DNA from: Desulfomonilia bacterium
GTDB taxonomy: Bacteria > Desulfobacterota > Desulfomonilia > UBA1062
Assembly (NCBI GenBank): GCA_050014195.1
Contig: JBEKDT010000002.1
Coordinates: 224,001-288,000, forward strand
Length of the DNA stretch: 64,000 nucleotides
Direction: 5' to 3'
Shown here: positions 29,573 through 38,705 of the stretch, piece after piece
Layout: each line of letters opens with the position of its first letter
Position numbering within the stretch: the stretch's first letter is position 1
Program-made: the position numbers and the translations under genes
The notes under the pieces: model-generated
The model's database searches: none
What the model was told of the DNA's origin: nothing
The model's input: only the letters and a program-made list of their open reading frames with translations

Positions 29573-31138
29573 TCATTTTACTCCAGTAATCCTCACTATC
29601 CTTGCCTCAGGCCGAATCCTGCCCATGGCGGCATAGGCATAATCCCTCACATACCACGACGGGTCGATCCTTACTGTCTTGTCAAGGAGGCTTATCGCCT
29701 GATCGGATCCCATCCTGCCAAGGGCTTGGCATGCCTTGGTCCGCACATTCATCTGAGGGTCCTTCAGGCGAGTCTCAATGTCGGGAAGGAAAGAAGTGTC
29801 CCTGCGCTTACCCGCCTCGATCACGGCATTCAACCGTACCCGCGCACTCGGATCGTTCATGAGCCGTTCAAGGCCCTCCGGGGCCAAGGCCCCGGGATAA
29901 ACGGACAGAGCAATATACCGCATCCGTTCTGAAGGGGATGATGCATAGTCCATGATCCTCTCAGGTTGTGCCTTGAGTTGCGCCGTGAGATATGCCCCAT
30001 GGAACAAGGGCGCAAAGATCGACAGATAGGCAATGACAACCACCATGGCACTGATTCTGCTCCGGGTATACATATGCTCGAGGCCAAGGGCCGACCATGA
30101 CAGCAGGAGTACAATAATGGCGATGAGGGGCCCGGAAAAAAGGAAGAGTCCGATGGCGCCACGCATGTCTTTGTTCGGGTCGATCGCCTTGCCGTACTTC
30201 TCAATGATCCTGTTACCATCATTTGCGGTCAGGCCATCATCCGGCAGCCTGACAGCCCTGCAATTCAAAACGCCCCTGCCCGCCGCAAAGGTCGCCCCGG
30301 CAACCGAGCAGGGGGCTTTTGCCTGAATCCACAGGGTTCCGTGGGGCATATATCCGACACTGCTGCAATCGTCGGATAAGGCGATTACGTTTTGAGATCT
30401 GGCGGAAACGGGCTTGATCACATCGGCTGCCAGAAGCGTGTGTTCATAGTAGAAGTCGCTCAAGGTTCGGGTTATCGGCATAGAGAGCATGGAGTCACGT
30501 ATCGACAAGAAAGATGAGCCGGTTCCCACGAGGATGAGCAGCGGAACAACGATGATTCCGAAAAACACTGCCCAGGCCTTCAGGCTCACGATGCGGCGGC
30601 CTGTCTTCCTGACAATGAGCAGCCATGGCAGGGTGAAGACAATGGGGCCGAGGAGACCAAAACAGATGGATGCCAAAGGGAGCTCAAGGCTGAAACAGAA
30701 GTATGTGCACATAAGGGCTGCTGCTGCAAAAACAAAGAGATCGTTGCGTGTGAAACGGCCCGAGATCCATGCGGGGAGAGTAAGAACCATGCATAGAAAA
30801 GCATTCAGGACACCCAGCGTCAATCCGAAAAACAATGCACTTCCGAGCTGATGCTTCAGCAGCTTCAGATGGACATCATCCGGGCTGATGAGCGGTGTCA
30901 TACCGAACCGTGCCAAAAGGCCCATCTCAGCGGCTATAGAGCGGGTATGCATTCTGACAAAGATAAGTCCGAATGCGGTATAGAAGAGAATGCAGGCAAC
31001 ACTGCCCCAGAAAGACGCTGTGTACCACCTGCCGAAATATCCGGATGCCCCTGCCTGACGCAAGGGGAGAAAGATCACGGGGAAAAGATTTCTTTTACGG
31101 CTGATCGAGGGCTCGGAACCATGTATGAGCTCCTCCAT
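29573..31138 (-). CDS. Polytopic membrane protein with C-terminal HEAT repeats
   Basis: Multiple TM segments; DPSARVR, DPQMNVR and DPSWYVR repeats. Confidence 0.8.
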   Translation of the reverse strand: MEELIHGSEPSISRKRNLFPVIFLPLRQAGASGYFGRWYTASFWGSVACILFYTAFGLIFVRMHTRSIAAEMGLLARFGMTPLISPDDVHLKLLKHQLGSALFFGLTLGVLNAFLCMVLTLPAWISGRFTRNDLFVFAAAALMCTYFCFSLELPLASICFGLLGPIVFTLPWLLIVRKTGRRIVSLKAWAVFFGIIVVPLLILVGTGSSFLSIRDSMLSMPITRTLSDFYYEHTLLAADVIKPVSARSQNVIALSDDCSSVGYMPHGTLWIQAKAPCSVAGATFAAGRGVLNCRAVRLPDDGLTANDGNRIIEKYGKAIDPNKDMRGAIGLFLFSGPLIAIIVLLLSWSALGLEHMYTRSRISAMVVVIAYLSIFAPLFHGAYLTAQLKAQPERIMDYASSPSERMRYIALSVYPGALAPEGLERLMNDPSARVRLNAVIEAGKRRDTSFLPDIETRLKDPQMNVRTKACQALGRMGSDQAISLLDKTVRIDPSWYVRDYAYAAMGRIRPEARIVRITGVK

Positions 31139-31157
31139 CGCCGCGTCTACCTCACGA

Positions 31158-31658
31158 TCAGCCTACGGATGCGACTTTGACTTTCTTGTAGGCGCTCAGG
31201 AGACCGGATATCTCTTCAATGGACTTGACGCTTTTCCTTCCCCTGACGGCCTCGACATCGGACCGTGAGGTCCATACATTTTTAAAATTCTTCGAGAGCT
31301 TGGTGAACGCTATGAAATTCGCGACGGCATCATCGCAGACATGGGTAAACCGGCGCTTGTCATGGCTTGCGATGTCCCTGATCTTCTCCACCAGATTCTT
31401 ATCCAGACGCATGACATAGCGTATCCGCTTTTCGGATGTATCGTTCCTTGGGCCCACATATCTCTTCTTTTGGCGAAGAGGTATTCCCCCGCTCAGCTCG
31501 CCCTCCTTCTTGAAGATATAAGCATCCAGGGCGGCACCCACGAAATCTACCATGGCGATGTTCAGCATCCGGGAGATAACCCTGAGCTCACTCAAGTTTA
31601 TCGGTCTAAAGTACATCATAAAACGTGAAGACACCTTATCCTCTTTTGCGCGAATCAC
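31158..31658 (-). CDS. Hypothetical protein, possibly tandem ribbon-helix-helix
   Basis: GGAGG SD; two strand-helix-helix units (RFMMYF...AALDAY; RYVMRL...DAVANF). Confidence 0.6.
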   Translation of the reverse strand: MIRAKEDKVSSRFMMYFRPINLSELRVISRMLNIAMVDFVGAALDAYIFKKEGELSGGIPLRQKKRYVGPRNDTSEKRIRYVMRLDKNLVEKIRDIASHDKRRFTHVCDDAVANFIAFTKLSKNFKNVWTSRSDVEAVRGRKSVKSIEEISGLLSAYKKVKVASVG

Positions 31659-31764
31659 AGATGCACCTCCTATTTCTTTCTGATCAAGAAATCTTCTTTT
31701 GAATCGATATCAGGCTCAATGCCCTTGCCATGTTTATGAGATAATTCATCCATATTCTTATACG

Positions 31765-32322
31765 TCAGACTTCCATGATCTCTTTTTCTTTTGCTGCAAG
31801 CAGGTCATCGATCTGTTTAATGTAATTGTCGGTAAGGTCCTGTACCCTATCCTGCGCCGACTTGAGATCGTCTTTGTTGATCTCCTTCTCCTTCTCAAGG
31901 TCTTTCAAGAGGGCATTGGCATCGCGGCGATGGTTGCGGATCTCTACGCGGAATTCCTCGGCTGTTTTCTTAATCATCTTCACGAGGTCCCTTCTTCTCT
32001 CTTCGTTCAGAGGGGGGATGGGAACGCGGATGATCCTGCCGTCGTTGTTTGGTGTAAGGCCGAGTTCGGATTTTAGGATTGCCTTCTCGATGAGTGCCAG
32101 TGCACCTTTATCCCAAGGCTGTATGGTTATAAGCCTCGCCTCCGGTACCGCCAGAGTTGCAAGCTGATTCATAGGCGTGGGTGTGCCGTAGTAATCCACC
32201 ATGATGCCGTCCAGGATGCCGATGGATGCCCGGCCTGTTCGAACTTTCTGAAGAGATCCTTTCATGGAATCTATGGACTTGATCATGCCGTGCTTCATAT
32301 CATTGAAGATCTCATCAACCAT
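31765..32322 (-). CDS. frr: Ribosome recycling factor
   Basis: RTGRAS, VDYYGT, IQPWD and PPLNEERR motifs. Confidence 0.99.
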   Translation of the reverse strand: MVDEIFNDMKHGMIKSIDSMKGSLQKVRTGRASIGILDGIMVDYYGTPTPMNQLATLAVPEARLITIQPWDKGALALIEKAILKSELGLTPNNDGRIIRVPIPPLNEERRRDLVKMIKKTAEEFRVEIRNHRRDANALLKDLEKEKEINKDDLKSAQDRVQDLTDNYIKQIDDLLAAKEKEIMEV

Positions 32323-33062
32323 TAATTATCCCTCCTCGATCTGACGACTGATCCGATCTCCTCTCCTTCTAGGAGTCTTGCCAAGCTGTTCCGTTCGAAA
32401 ATATTGATCACCCTCACCTCAAGGTTATGTTCACGGCACAACGATATGGCTGCCGCATCCATGACGCCGAGGTTCAAGGTGAGAACCGTATCAAAGTCCA
32501 GCTCCGGGAAAAATAATGCATCCCCATGCCTCATAGGGTCTTTATCATAAATACCGTTTACTTTGGTAGCCTTGATAAGGACATCCGCCCTGATCTCCAA
32601 GGCCCTCAGCGCCGCCGTGGTATCGGTAGTAAAGAAGGGACTGCCGGTTCCACCTGCAAAGACCACCACCCTTCCCTTTTCCAGATGGCGGATTGCACGC
32701 TCGCTTGTTATGGGCTCGGCCGTGGATGCAATGGGTATGGCGCTCATGACCCTGCACTCGACCCCCTGGCTGACAAGTGCACCTTTAAATGCCAGGGCGT
32801 TGATCACGGTAGCCAGCATGCCCATATAGTCCGCGCTGACCCTGTCGACCATGGATGCAGCGCTTATACCCCTGAAGATGTTGCCGCCTCCGATCACAAG
32901 GCCCACCTGGACCCCGGAATCGTGGGCGGCCTTAATCGGGGCGACGAAGCTCGTTAACGTTGCTTCGTCAATACCGAAACCCTTGCCGCCTGCGAGGGCC
33001 TCTCCGCTCACCTTGAGGAGTATGCGTCTATAATGCAAGGGAATCCTCTTAGATCTCTTCAC
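32322..33062 (-). CDS. pyrH: UMP kinase
   Basis: LLKVSGEAL, GGGNIFRG, DYMGMLAT and PFFTTDT motifs. Confidence 0.98.
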   Translation of the reverse strand: MKRSKRIPLHYRRILLKVSGEALAGGKGFGIDEATLTSFVAPIKAAHDSGVQVGLVIGGGNIFRGISAASMVDRVSADYMGMLATVINALAFKGALVSQGVECRVMSAIPIASTAEPITSERAIRHLEKGRVVVFAGGTGSPFFTTDTTAALRALEIRADVLIKATKVNGIYDKDPMRHGDALFFPELDFDTVLTLNLGVMDAAAISLCREHNLEVRVINIFERNSLARLLEGEEIGSVVRSRRDN

Positions 33063-33648
33063 CCACCTGATACCGGACGAACCTTCTGACGAGGCACTTC
33101 TCGCCGGTCTTGGCCATCAGCTCTTCCAAGAGCTGCTTGATGGTCTTGTCCTGGTCCTTCACAAAGGGCTGGTCCATGAGGCAGCGCTCGGAATAAAACT
33201 TGGTGAGCTTCCCCTCAACGATCTTTTCGATCACCTTCTCGGGCTTACCCGTCTTCAGTGCCTGCTCCTTGAGAATTTCCTTTTCCTTATCCAGCACGTT
33301 TTGAGGCACCTCGTCCCTGGTGACCCAATCAGGACTTGCGGCAGCGACCTGCATGGAAACGTCTTTGACGAAGTTGTTGAAGTCATCCGACTTCGCCACA
33401 AAGTCACTCTCGCAGTTCACCTCTACAAGCACGCCGATCTTGCCGCCCATATGGATGTAGGCGGTTACCGTACCCTGGCTGGCCTGCCTTCCGGAGCGCT
33501 TGTTTGCTACGTCGATGCCTTTCTTCCTGAGAATTTCCACTGCCTTTTCGAATTCCCCGTTCGTCTCTTCAAGGGCCTTCTTGCAGTCCATCATGCCGAC
33601 GCCGGTCTTGTCTCTGAGTTTTTTAACAACTTCCGATGTTATCTGCAC
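33049..33648 (-). CDS. tsf: Elongation factor Ts (short form)
   Basis: VKKLRDKTGVGMMDCKKAL and EVNCESDFVA; GTG start after GGAGG. Confidence 0.98.
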   Translation of the reverse strand: MQITSEVVKKLRDKTGVGMMDCKKALEETNGEFEKAVEILRKKGIDVANKRSGRQASQGTVTAYIHMGGKIGVLVEVNCESDFVAKSDDFNNFVKDVSMQVAAASPDWVTRDEVPQNVLDKEKEILKEQALKTGKPEKVIEKIVEGKLTKFYSERCLMDQPFVKDQDKTIKQLLEELMAKTGEKCLVRRFVRYQVGEEI

Positions 33649-33671
33649 TGTATATACCTCCAAGCGCGTTG

Positions 33672-34562
33672 CTATGCGATTTCTTCCCCGTCGGTATCAT
33701 CCCCTGCGGTTGCAGCCGCTGCAGCACCTTTGCCCTTGGCCGGTTTGCTGTCCTTAACGATGATCTCGATTTCTCCCTCAAGCCCCTTGCCCATGGTCTC
33801 GGAAGTCGCAGCCTTCTGTTTGGCCTGGGCCTTCTCCTCGGTCGTCTCTTCCTTTACCTCGGCGGCCAGTTTTGCCTGCCAGAGCTGCATACCCTGGTCC
33901 ACCGCATCCGCTACCTTTGAGGTGAACAGCCTGATGGCCCGGATGGCGTCATCATTACCGGGAATGACATAATCGATTAATGTGGGGTCGCAGTTGGTAT
34001 CTACGATGGCGACAATGGGTATCTTGAGTTTCTTTGCCTCCCGAACCGCGATATATTCGCGGGAGGGGTCTACGATGTAGAGGACATTGGGAAGACCGCC
34101 CAGGTCCTTGATCCCGTGAAGAGAGCGCTCAAGCTTCATCTTATGGCGCTTCATGCTGATCTGTTCCTTCTTGGGATAGTTCTCAATGGAACTATTGTCG
34201 ATGATGGACTCAAGCCACTTAAGCTTATCCACGCTCTTACGGATGGTGGAAAAGTTCGTGAGCGTGCCGCCGAGCCAGCGGTAGTTCACATAGAAGGCCC
34301 CTACCCTTTGTGCCTCTTCTTCTATGGCATCCTGGGCCTGTTTCTTGGTACCTACAAACAGGATCTTTCCGCCGTTTGCGGTTGTTTCACGAATGACATC
34401 ACATGCCTTTTCAAAGAGCTTCTCGGTCTTTTGAAGATCGATGATATGGATGCCGTTCCGGGAACCGAAAATGTAGGGTTTCATCTTGGGATTCCACCTC
34501 GGTGTCTGGTGGCCGAAATGGACCCCGGCCTCGAGCAGCTGCTTCATGGTGACGACTGACAT
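33672..34562 (-). CDS. rpsB: 30S ribosomal protein S2
   Basis: [26 protein letters not shown] and PGNDDAIRA motifs. Confidence 0.99.
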   Translation of the reverse strand: MSVVTMKQLLEAGVHFGHQTPRWNPKMKPYIFGSRNGIHIIDLQKTEKLFEKACDVIRETTANGGKILFVGTKKQAQDAIEEEAQRVGAFYVNYRWLGGTLTNFSTIRKSVDKLKWLESIIDNSSIENYPKKEQISMKRHKMKLERSLHGIKDLGGLPNVLYIVDPSREYIAVREAKKLKIPIVAIVDTNCDPTLIDYVIPGNDDAIRAIRLFTSKVADAVDQGMQLWQAKLAAEVKEETTEEKAQAKQKAATSETMGKGLEGEIEIIVKDSKPAKGKGAAAAATAGDDTDGEEIA

Positions 34563-34655
34563 CTACTACCTCCTTGGTTTTTCCTCCGTCCTGCAAGGCC
34601 GATCCTTGATTTCCAAGGACACCTTAGACCCCGACGTACTACCGGACGTGTGTGC
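34563..34655 (-). promoter_or_regulatory. Probable rpsB structured leader (S2 autoregulation)
   Basis: Minus strand starts CACACAC, has GTCC...GGAC and CCTTG...CAAGG stems, and ends GGAGG-AAAAACC before the SD, the layout of S2 leaders. Confidence 0.55.
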
Positions 34656-34720
34656 TGGTTGAGCCCTTTACCATACAAGACTGCACGCTTTCAAGGTTTT
34701 TATGCTTGAATCTTGAAGTC

Positions 34721-35275
34721 TTATTTAAAAAGGGGTGAAAGCTGTTTAAAAATATCCGTTCCTGCCTTCTCGATGAGCATGAATGCAATGGTCTCGGCAG
34801 GGTATATGAGCACATTGAGACGCGCCAGTGCATCGAGCGAGGTCACCCTGTCAAGCGCCCTCCTGGAGCAGACCGCATCGGCCGCAATGACCACGTTGTA
34901 CCCGTCGGCCAAGAGGTCAATGGCGGTCTGCATAACGCATACATGCGTCTCAATGCCGCTGATGATGGCCGTCTTTCTCCCTGTCGACTTAACGGCCTTC
35001 TTGATGTTCTCATTCCGGTAACAGCTGAAAAAGAGTTTTTCATACCGCGGTATACCCTCAAGGTGCCCTGACACTTCAGCAATGGTCGGGCCGAGCCCCT
35101 TGGGGTATTGCTCGGAAACAATGACAGGGATCTTGCAGGCCTTTGCGGTTTCTATGAGTATGATGCCGTTCTTCACATAGGTATCTTTGAATTGCTCTTC
35201 CATGGCTGCATGGAGCCTTTCCTGAATGTCCACGACTATCAGCAGGCAGTCATCACGTTTGAGAAATGCACTCAT
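34721..35275 (-). CDS. Isochorismatase-family cysteine hydrolase
   Basis: VDIQE, EQYPKGLGPT, GIETHVCV and DAVCSR motifs. Confidence 0.93.
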   Translation of the reverse strand: MSAFLKRDDCLLIVVDIQERLHAAMEEQFKDTYVKNGIILIETAKACKIPVIVSEQYPKGLGPTIAEVSGHLEGIPRYEKLFFSCYRNENIKKAVKSTGRKTAIISGIETHVCVMQTAIDLLADGYNVVIAADAVCSRRALDRVTSLDALARLNVLIYPAETIAFMLIEKAGTDIFKQLSPLFK

Positions 35276-35285
35276 ATTTTGCCTT

Positions 35286-35963
35286 TCATGTGAAAATGAG
35301 CGGATATGCGGCCGCATACACCAGAGCCGGGATCAAATTCCCTACCCGGATAGTGGTGAGCCCCAGCAGGTTGATGCCGATGCCCAGGATGATCATCCCG
35401 CCGGTAGCCGTGATAGAGCTAAGTACAGCCGGTTCCTGGAGAAAGGCGATATGTGCTGCCAGCAGCGTTAAAGAGCCCTGGATCACAAGCACGCTTATTG
35501 CGGAGAAGGCAACACCGATACCCAAGGTTGATGCAAGTGCGATGGATGACACCCCGTCGAGCATGGATTTCAACAGCAGCGTGTCCGGGTTGTGCGCGGT
35601 TCCGTCCTGGATACACCCGATGATGACCATTGCACCGGTGACAAACAACAACGTTGCACTCATGAACCCCTGTACAAACGTAGCGGATGATGAATTGAAC
35701 CGTACCTTGAGATATTCTCCTATACGTTCGACACCCCTCTCGATCCTCATGATTTCCCCTGTAACGGCACCAAGCAGTATGCAGGCAACGGAAGGTATGA
35801 GGCCCTTAGCCGAAAGCGCCATGTTGAGACCGATGACGACAACCGCAAGCCCGAGGGCCTTCATAAGGGTTGCCTTAAGGTCCAGGCTTATACGCTTTCC
35901 GGCAAGAATCCCCACCAGGGAGCCTGCCAGCACGGCTGAGGTATTTGCAATGGTTCCAATCAT
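35286..35963 (-). CDS. DUF554 membrane protein
   Basis: MIGTIAN..., GAMVIIG.IQDG, KSMLDG and GGMIILGIG motifs. Confidence 0.9.
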   Translation of the reverse strand: MIGTIANTSAVLAGSLVGILAGKRISLDLKATLMKALGLAVVVIGLNMALSAKGLIPSVACILLGAVTGEIMRIERGVERIGEYLKVRFNSSSATFVQGFMSATLLFVTGAMVIIGCIQDGTAHNPDTLLLKSMLDGVSSIALASTLGIGVAFSAISVLVIQGSLTLLAAHIAFLQEPAVLSSITATGGMIILGIGINLLGLTTIRVGNLIPALVYAAAYPLIFT

Positions 35964-36176
35964 GAAATAAACCTTTTCGGTTTTCGTCCTTAAGGGTTCG
36001 ATCAAGGGATTTCACTACCGGATGGGAAAGTCATTGGTCAATGATAAAAATATTGAGGATCGAGTACTGTTACTCATGGGGTTTCAGGGTATTCTTTAAA
36101 AAAATGATAATGTTTTTCGGCAAATGTGTCGAATATTTAGTTGATAAACGAATCAGGCCGGAGGAAACAATAAAAG

Positions 36177-37313
36177 ATGCTGCATATCATTCCTCATGAA
36201 GACCCGAGCCAGGCCCTGAGGATCAAGCGATTCCTCATGGCCTTTGGTTCGTACTTCATGTGGATGCTACTTGTGTTGTATTGCTACATGCAGGGCCTCT
36301 TCGGGATGACTCTGCCCCAGACACTGCTTATCTGCGGCATGGTCAGTGCGATGAACATCATCATCTTCTTTATCATTCGCACCGGCCTGAACAAACATTT
36401 CAAGGACCCGAGCCTTACCGAGACTCAGATGGTTCTTGCAACAGTCTGGGTTATGATCATAACCTATCACCTGGCCCAGGGCCGGGGTATCATGCTGCTG
36501 CTCTACATGGTGGTATTCATCTTCGGCATCTTCAGGCTGAACCTGCGTCAGTTCTGCTCACTCTCCGTATTCGCAGTACTGGGCTATGGCTTTGTAATCG
36601 CTCTTTTACGCGTGAATCATCCTGAGAGTATCAACATCAAGGTGGAGCTTCTCTACATGGTGACATTGGGTGCCGTCCTCTTATGGCTCTCATTCATGGG
36701 GAGCTACATCAGCATATTAAGGAAAAAGCTGAGCGTAACCAACAGCGAGCTCAGCGACGCCATGAAACTGATCAAACAGCAGGCCATCCACGATGACCTC
36801 ACCGGTGTGTATAACAGGGGCTACCTCTTCCAGATCCTGCTCCGTGAGAAGTCACTTGCAGACCGGGGAGAATGCCCGTTCTCCGTGTGCATATTCGACC
36901 TTGATGATTTCAAGAAGGTCAATGACACCTACGGCCACTTATGCGGTGATACGGTCTTAAAGACACTGACTGGGCGTACCAAGGAGAACATCCGCCAGCA
37001 GGACTATATTGCCCGCTATGGCGGGGAGGAGTTCGTGCTTGTCCTCGCCTACTCCGACCTCGGAGATGCAGTCAAATGCGCAGAGAGGATCCGGAAGATG
37101 ATCTCCGAGATATCCTTCCCCGGCCTGCCCGAGGATTTCCGGGTCACCATCTCCATGGGCCTTACACGCTACCAACCTTGTGAGACCATCGATGCCCTGT
37201 TGGTCAGGGCCGATGATGCACTCTACCGGGCCAAGGGATCAGGCAAGAACACCATCATATGCGACCCGCCGGTTTATCTCAATATAACCGACCATCGATA
37301 TTCGGCTGCTTAA
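36177..37313 (+). CDS. Membrane-bound diguanylate cyclase
   Basis: ~6 TM segments; DDLTG, DLDDFKKVNDTYGH, RQQD I-site and GGEEF. Confidence 0.95.
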   Translation: MLHIIPHEDPSQALRIKRFLMAFGSYFMWMLLVLYCYMQGLFGMTLPQTLLICGMVSAMNIIIFFIIRTGLNKHFKDPSLTETQMVLATVWVMIITYHLAQGRGIMLLLYMVVFIFGIFRLNLRQFCSLSVFAVLGYGFVIALLRVNHPESINIKVELLYMVTLGAVLLWLSFMGSYISILRKKLSVTNSELSDAMKLIKQQAIHDDLTGVYNRGYLFQILLREKSLADRGECPFSVCIFDLDDFKKVNDTYGHLCGDTVLKTLTGRTKENIRQQDYIARYGGEEFVLVLAYSDLGDAVKCAERIRKMISEISFPGLPEDFRVTISMGLTRYQPCETIDALLVRADDALYRAKGSGKNTIICDPPVYLNITDHRYSAA

Positions 37314-37376
37314 AAAATCGTTCTTCTCTGTGAAGCATACTTTTATAGTTTGCATCCTTTTCACAGCCCATTGTTC

Positions 37377-37508
37377 TCACCACTTTAGGACACGAAGAGC
37401 ACGAAGATGATCTAAAAAATGCAAACAAACACGCTTAGACCCTTTGAACTGGTCCGCAATTTCTATAAAATCCTTTTTTTTCGTGTCCTTCGTGCTCTTC
37501 GTGGTGAA
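37377..37508. repeat. REP/MITE-like inverted repeat pair
   Basis: CACGAAGAGCACGAAG (37391-37406) is the reverse complement of 37488-37503; partial third copy TTCGTGTCCTTCGTGGT at 41908-41924. Confidence 0.7.
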
Positions 37509-37642
37509 GTACTCTTCTGTCTGCTAGAGCCTATGCTCCATTTTGGTTGCGGCTATGCTTCACTAAGTCCTTCGTTGTGATATATCCCTTTTGTGTGCTC
37601 TTCAATGATCTGAGGATGTTTTACTGTGATGAGCCTAAAAGA

Positions 37643-38320
37643 TTAACTGCGAAGATATCCGAGCAGGTCCCTTGGATCATCCAGGAGAACCCTTGCACCG
37701 TGATTCATGAGCCGCTGCCTGTCCTGGTAACCCCATAAGGCGCCGAATGGCGCCATGCCGGCCCGGCCGGCGGTATCCATATCAATAGCGCTGTCACCCA
37801 CGAAGATGCAGTGTATCGGGTCCACTCCCATACGCTCGGCACACAGATAAGCACCCGCGGGATCAGGCTTTCTCGGGACAGATGGTACAAGACCCCTTAC
37901 TTCGATAAATCTCCAGTTCGGAAGCAGAGACCTTGCCATTGTCTTGGTAAAGTCATCGAGTTTATTTGAGAGGATCGAGAGCCTGATGCCCATTTCCATA
38001 AGCCCGTCAAGCAGCTCCGGGATGCCGGGAAAAGGCCTGGACTTGACGGACCACCGGGCGCCGTATTCATCCCTCATGGCCTTCACACTCGCAGCAATTG
38101 TCTCAACGGTCCTATGTTCCTCCGGCAGGGCCCTCATGGCCAGGACCTCGATCCCGTCGCCGACAAGATCACGATACTGCTCTACCGGAAGGAGGGAAAA
38201 CCCGAGGCCTTCAAGGGCCGCATTCATGGAGTCGGCAATATCCTCGATGGTATCGAGCAATGTACCGTCCATGTCAAAGATCACGGCCTGATATGTGTTA
38301 TTTTTCATAATGTCTGGCAT
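37643..38320 (-). CDS. HAD-family hydrolase (phosphoglycolate phosphatase-like)
   Basis: FDMDGTLLD, LSNK, KPDP and VGDSAIDM motifs. Confidence 0.93.
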   Translation of the reverse strand: MPDIMKNNTYQAVIFDMDGTLLDTIEDIADSMNAALEGLGFSLLPVEQYRDLVGDGIEVLAMRALPEEHRTVETIAASVKAMRDEYGARWSVKSRPFPGIPELLDGLMEMGIRLSILSNKLDDFTKTMARSLLPNWRFIEVRGLVPSVPRKPDPAGAYLCAERMGVDPIHCIFVGDSAIDMDTAGRAGMAPFGALWGYQDRQRLMNHGARVLLDDPRDLLGYLRS

Positions 38321-38573
38321 ACTTAATTAATGAAAGGTGTAGAGTGCAATAATAGTCAATCAAGATCCTGCTGTAAAGACCAGGAAGTAGATCCAGGACG
38401 AATATGGGACTTCTATCCATTTTCCTTATAAGGTTACGTGCAATCTGTGGGGATACCCCCGGACATTTTAGTTTTTATTGTATTCGTCACTCCACCTGGT
38501 TCATCGAGAAGTAAAGATTATGTTTTAGAAATATTCAATTTGGCCAAAGCGTTACTCATGGCACGTGATCTTA

Positions 38574-38671
38574 AGTCAACGCTACTCATCAGCGGCCGCC
38601 AGTGCCAGACAAGCTTTTAACTTTGTATGGATGCACGGTCCTGGCGGTCCGCGTGGAACCGATGGTTAGGC
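38574..38671 (-). mobile_element. attC-like integron cassette recombination site
   Basis: Minus strand: GCCTAAC (R'')-CATCGGTTCCAC-GCGGACCGCCAG...CTGGCGGCCGC-TGATGAGTAGC-GTTGACT (R'). Imperfect 98-bp palindrome with a bulge, 34 bp downstream of the stop of 38706..41546. Confidence 0.65.
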
Positions 38672-38705
38672 GCTTTTAGAAAATAAATCTGTTCCTTTTC
38701 AATGC

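Noticed and set aside
38559-38575. TGGCAC motifs (38559, 43074, 56154, 59226) as sigma54 promoters
   Set aside because: No TTGC at the required -12 spacing; treated instead as part of the recurring border motif.
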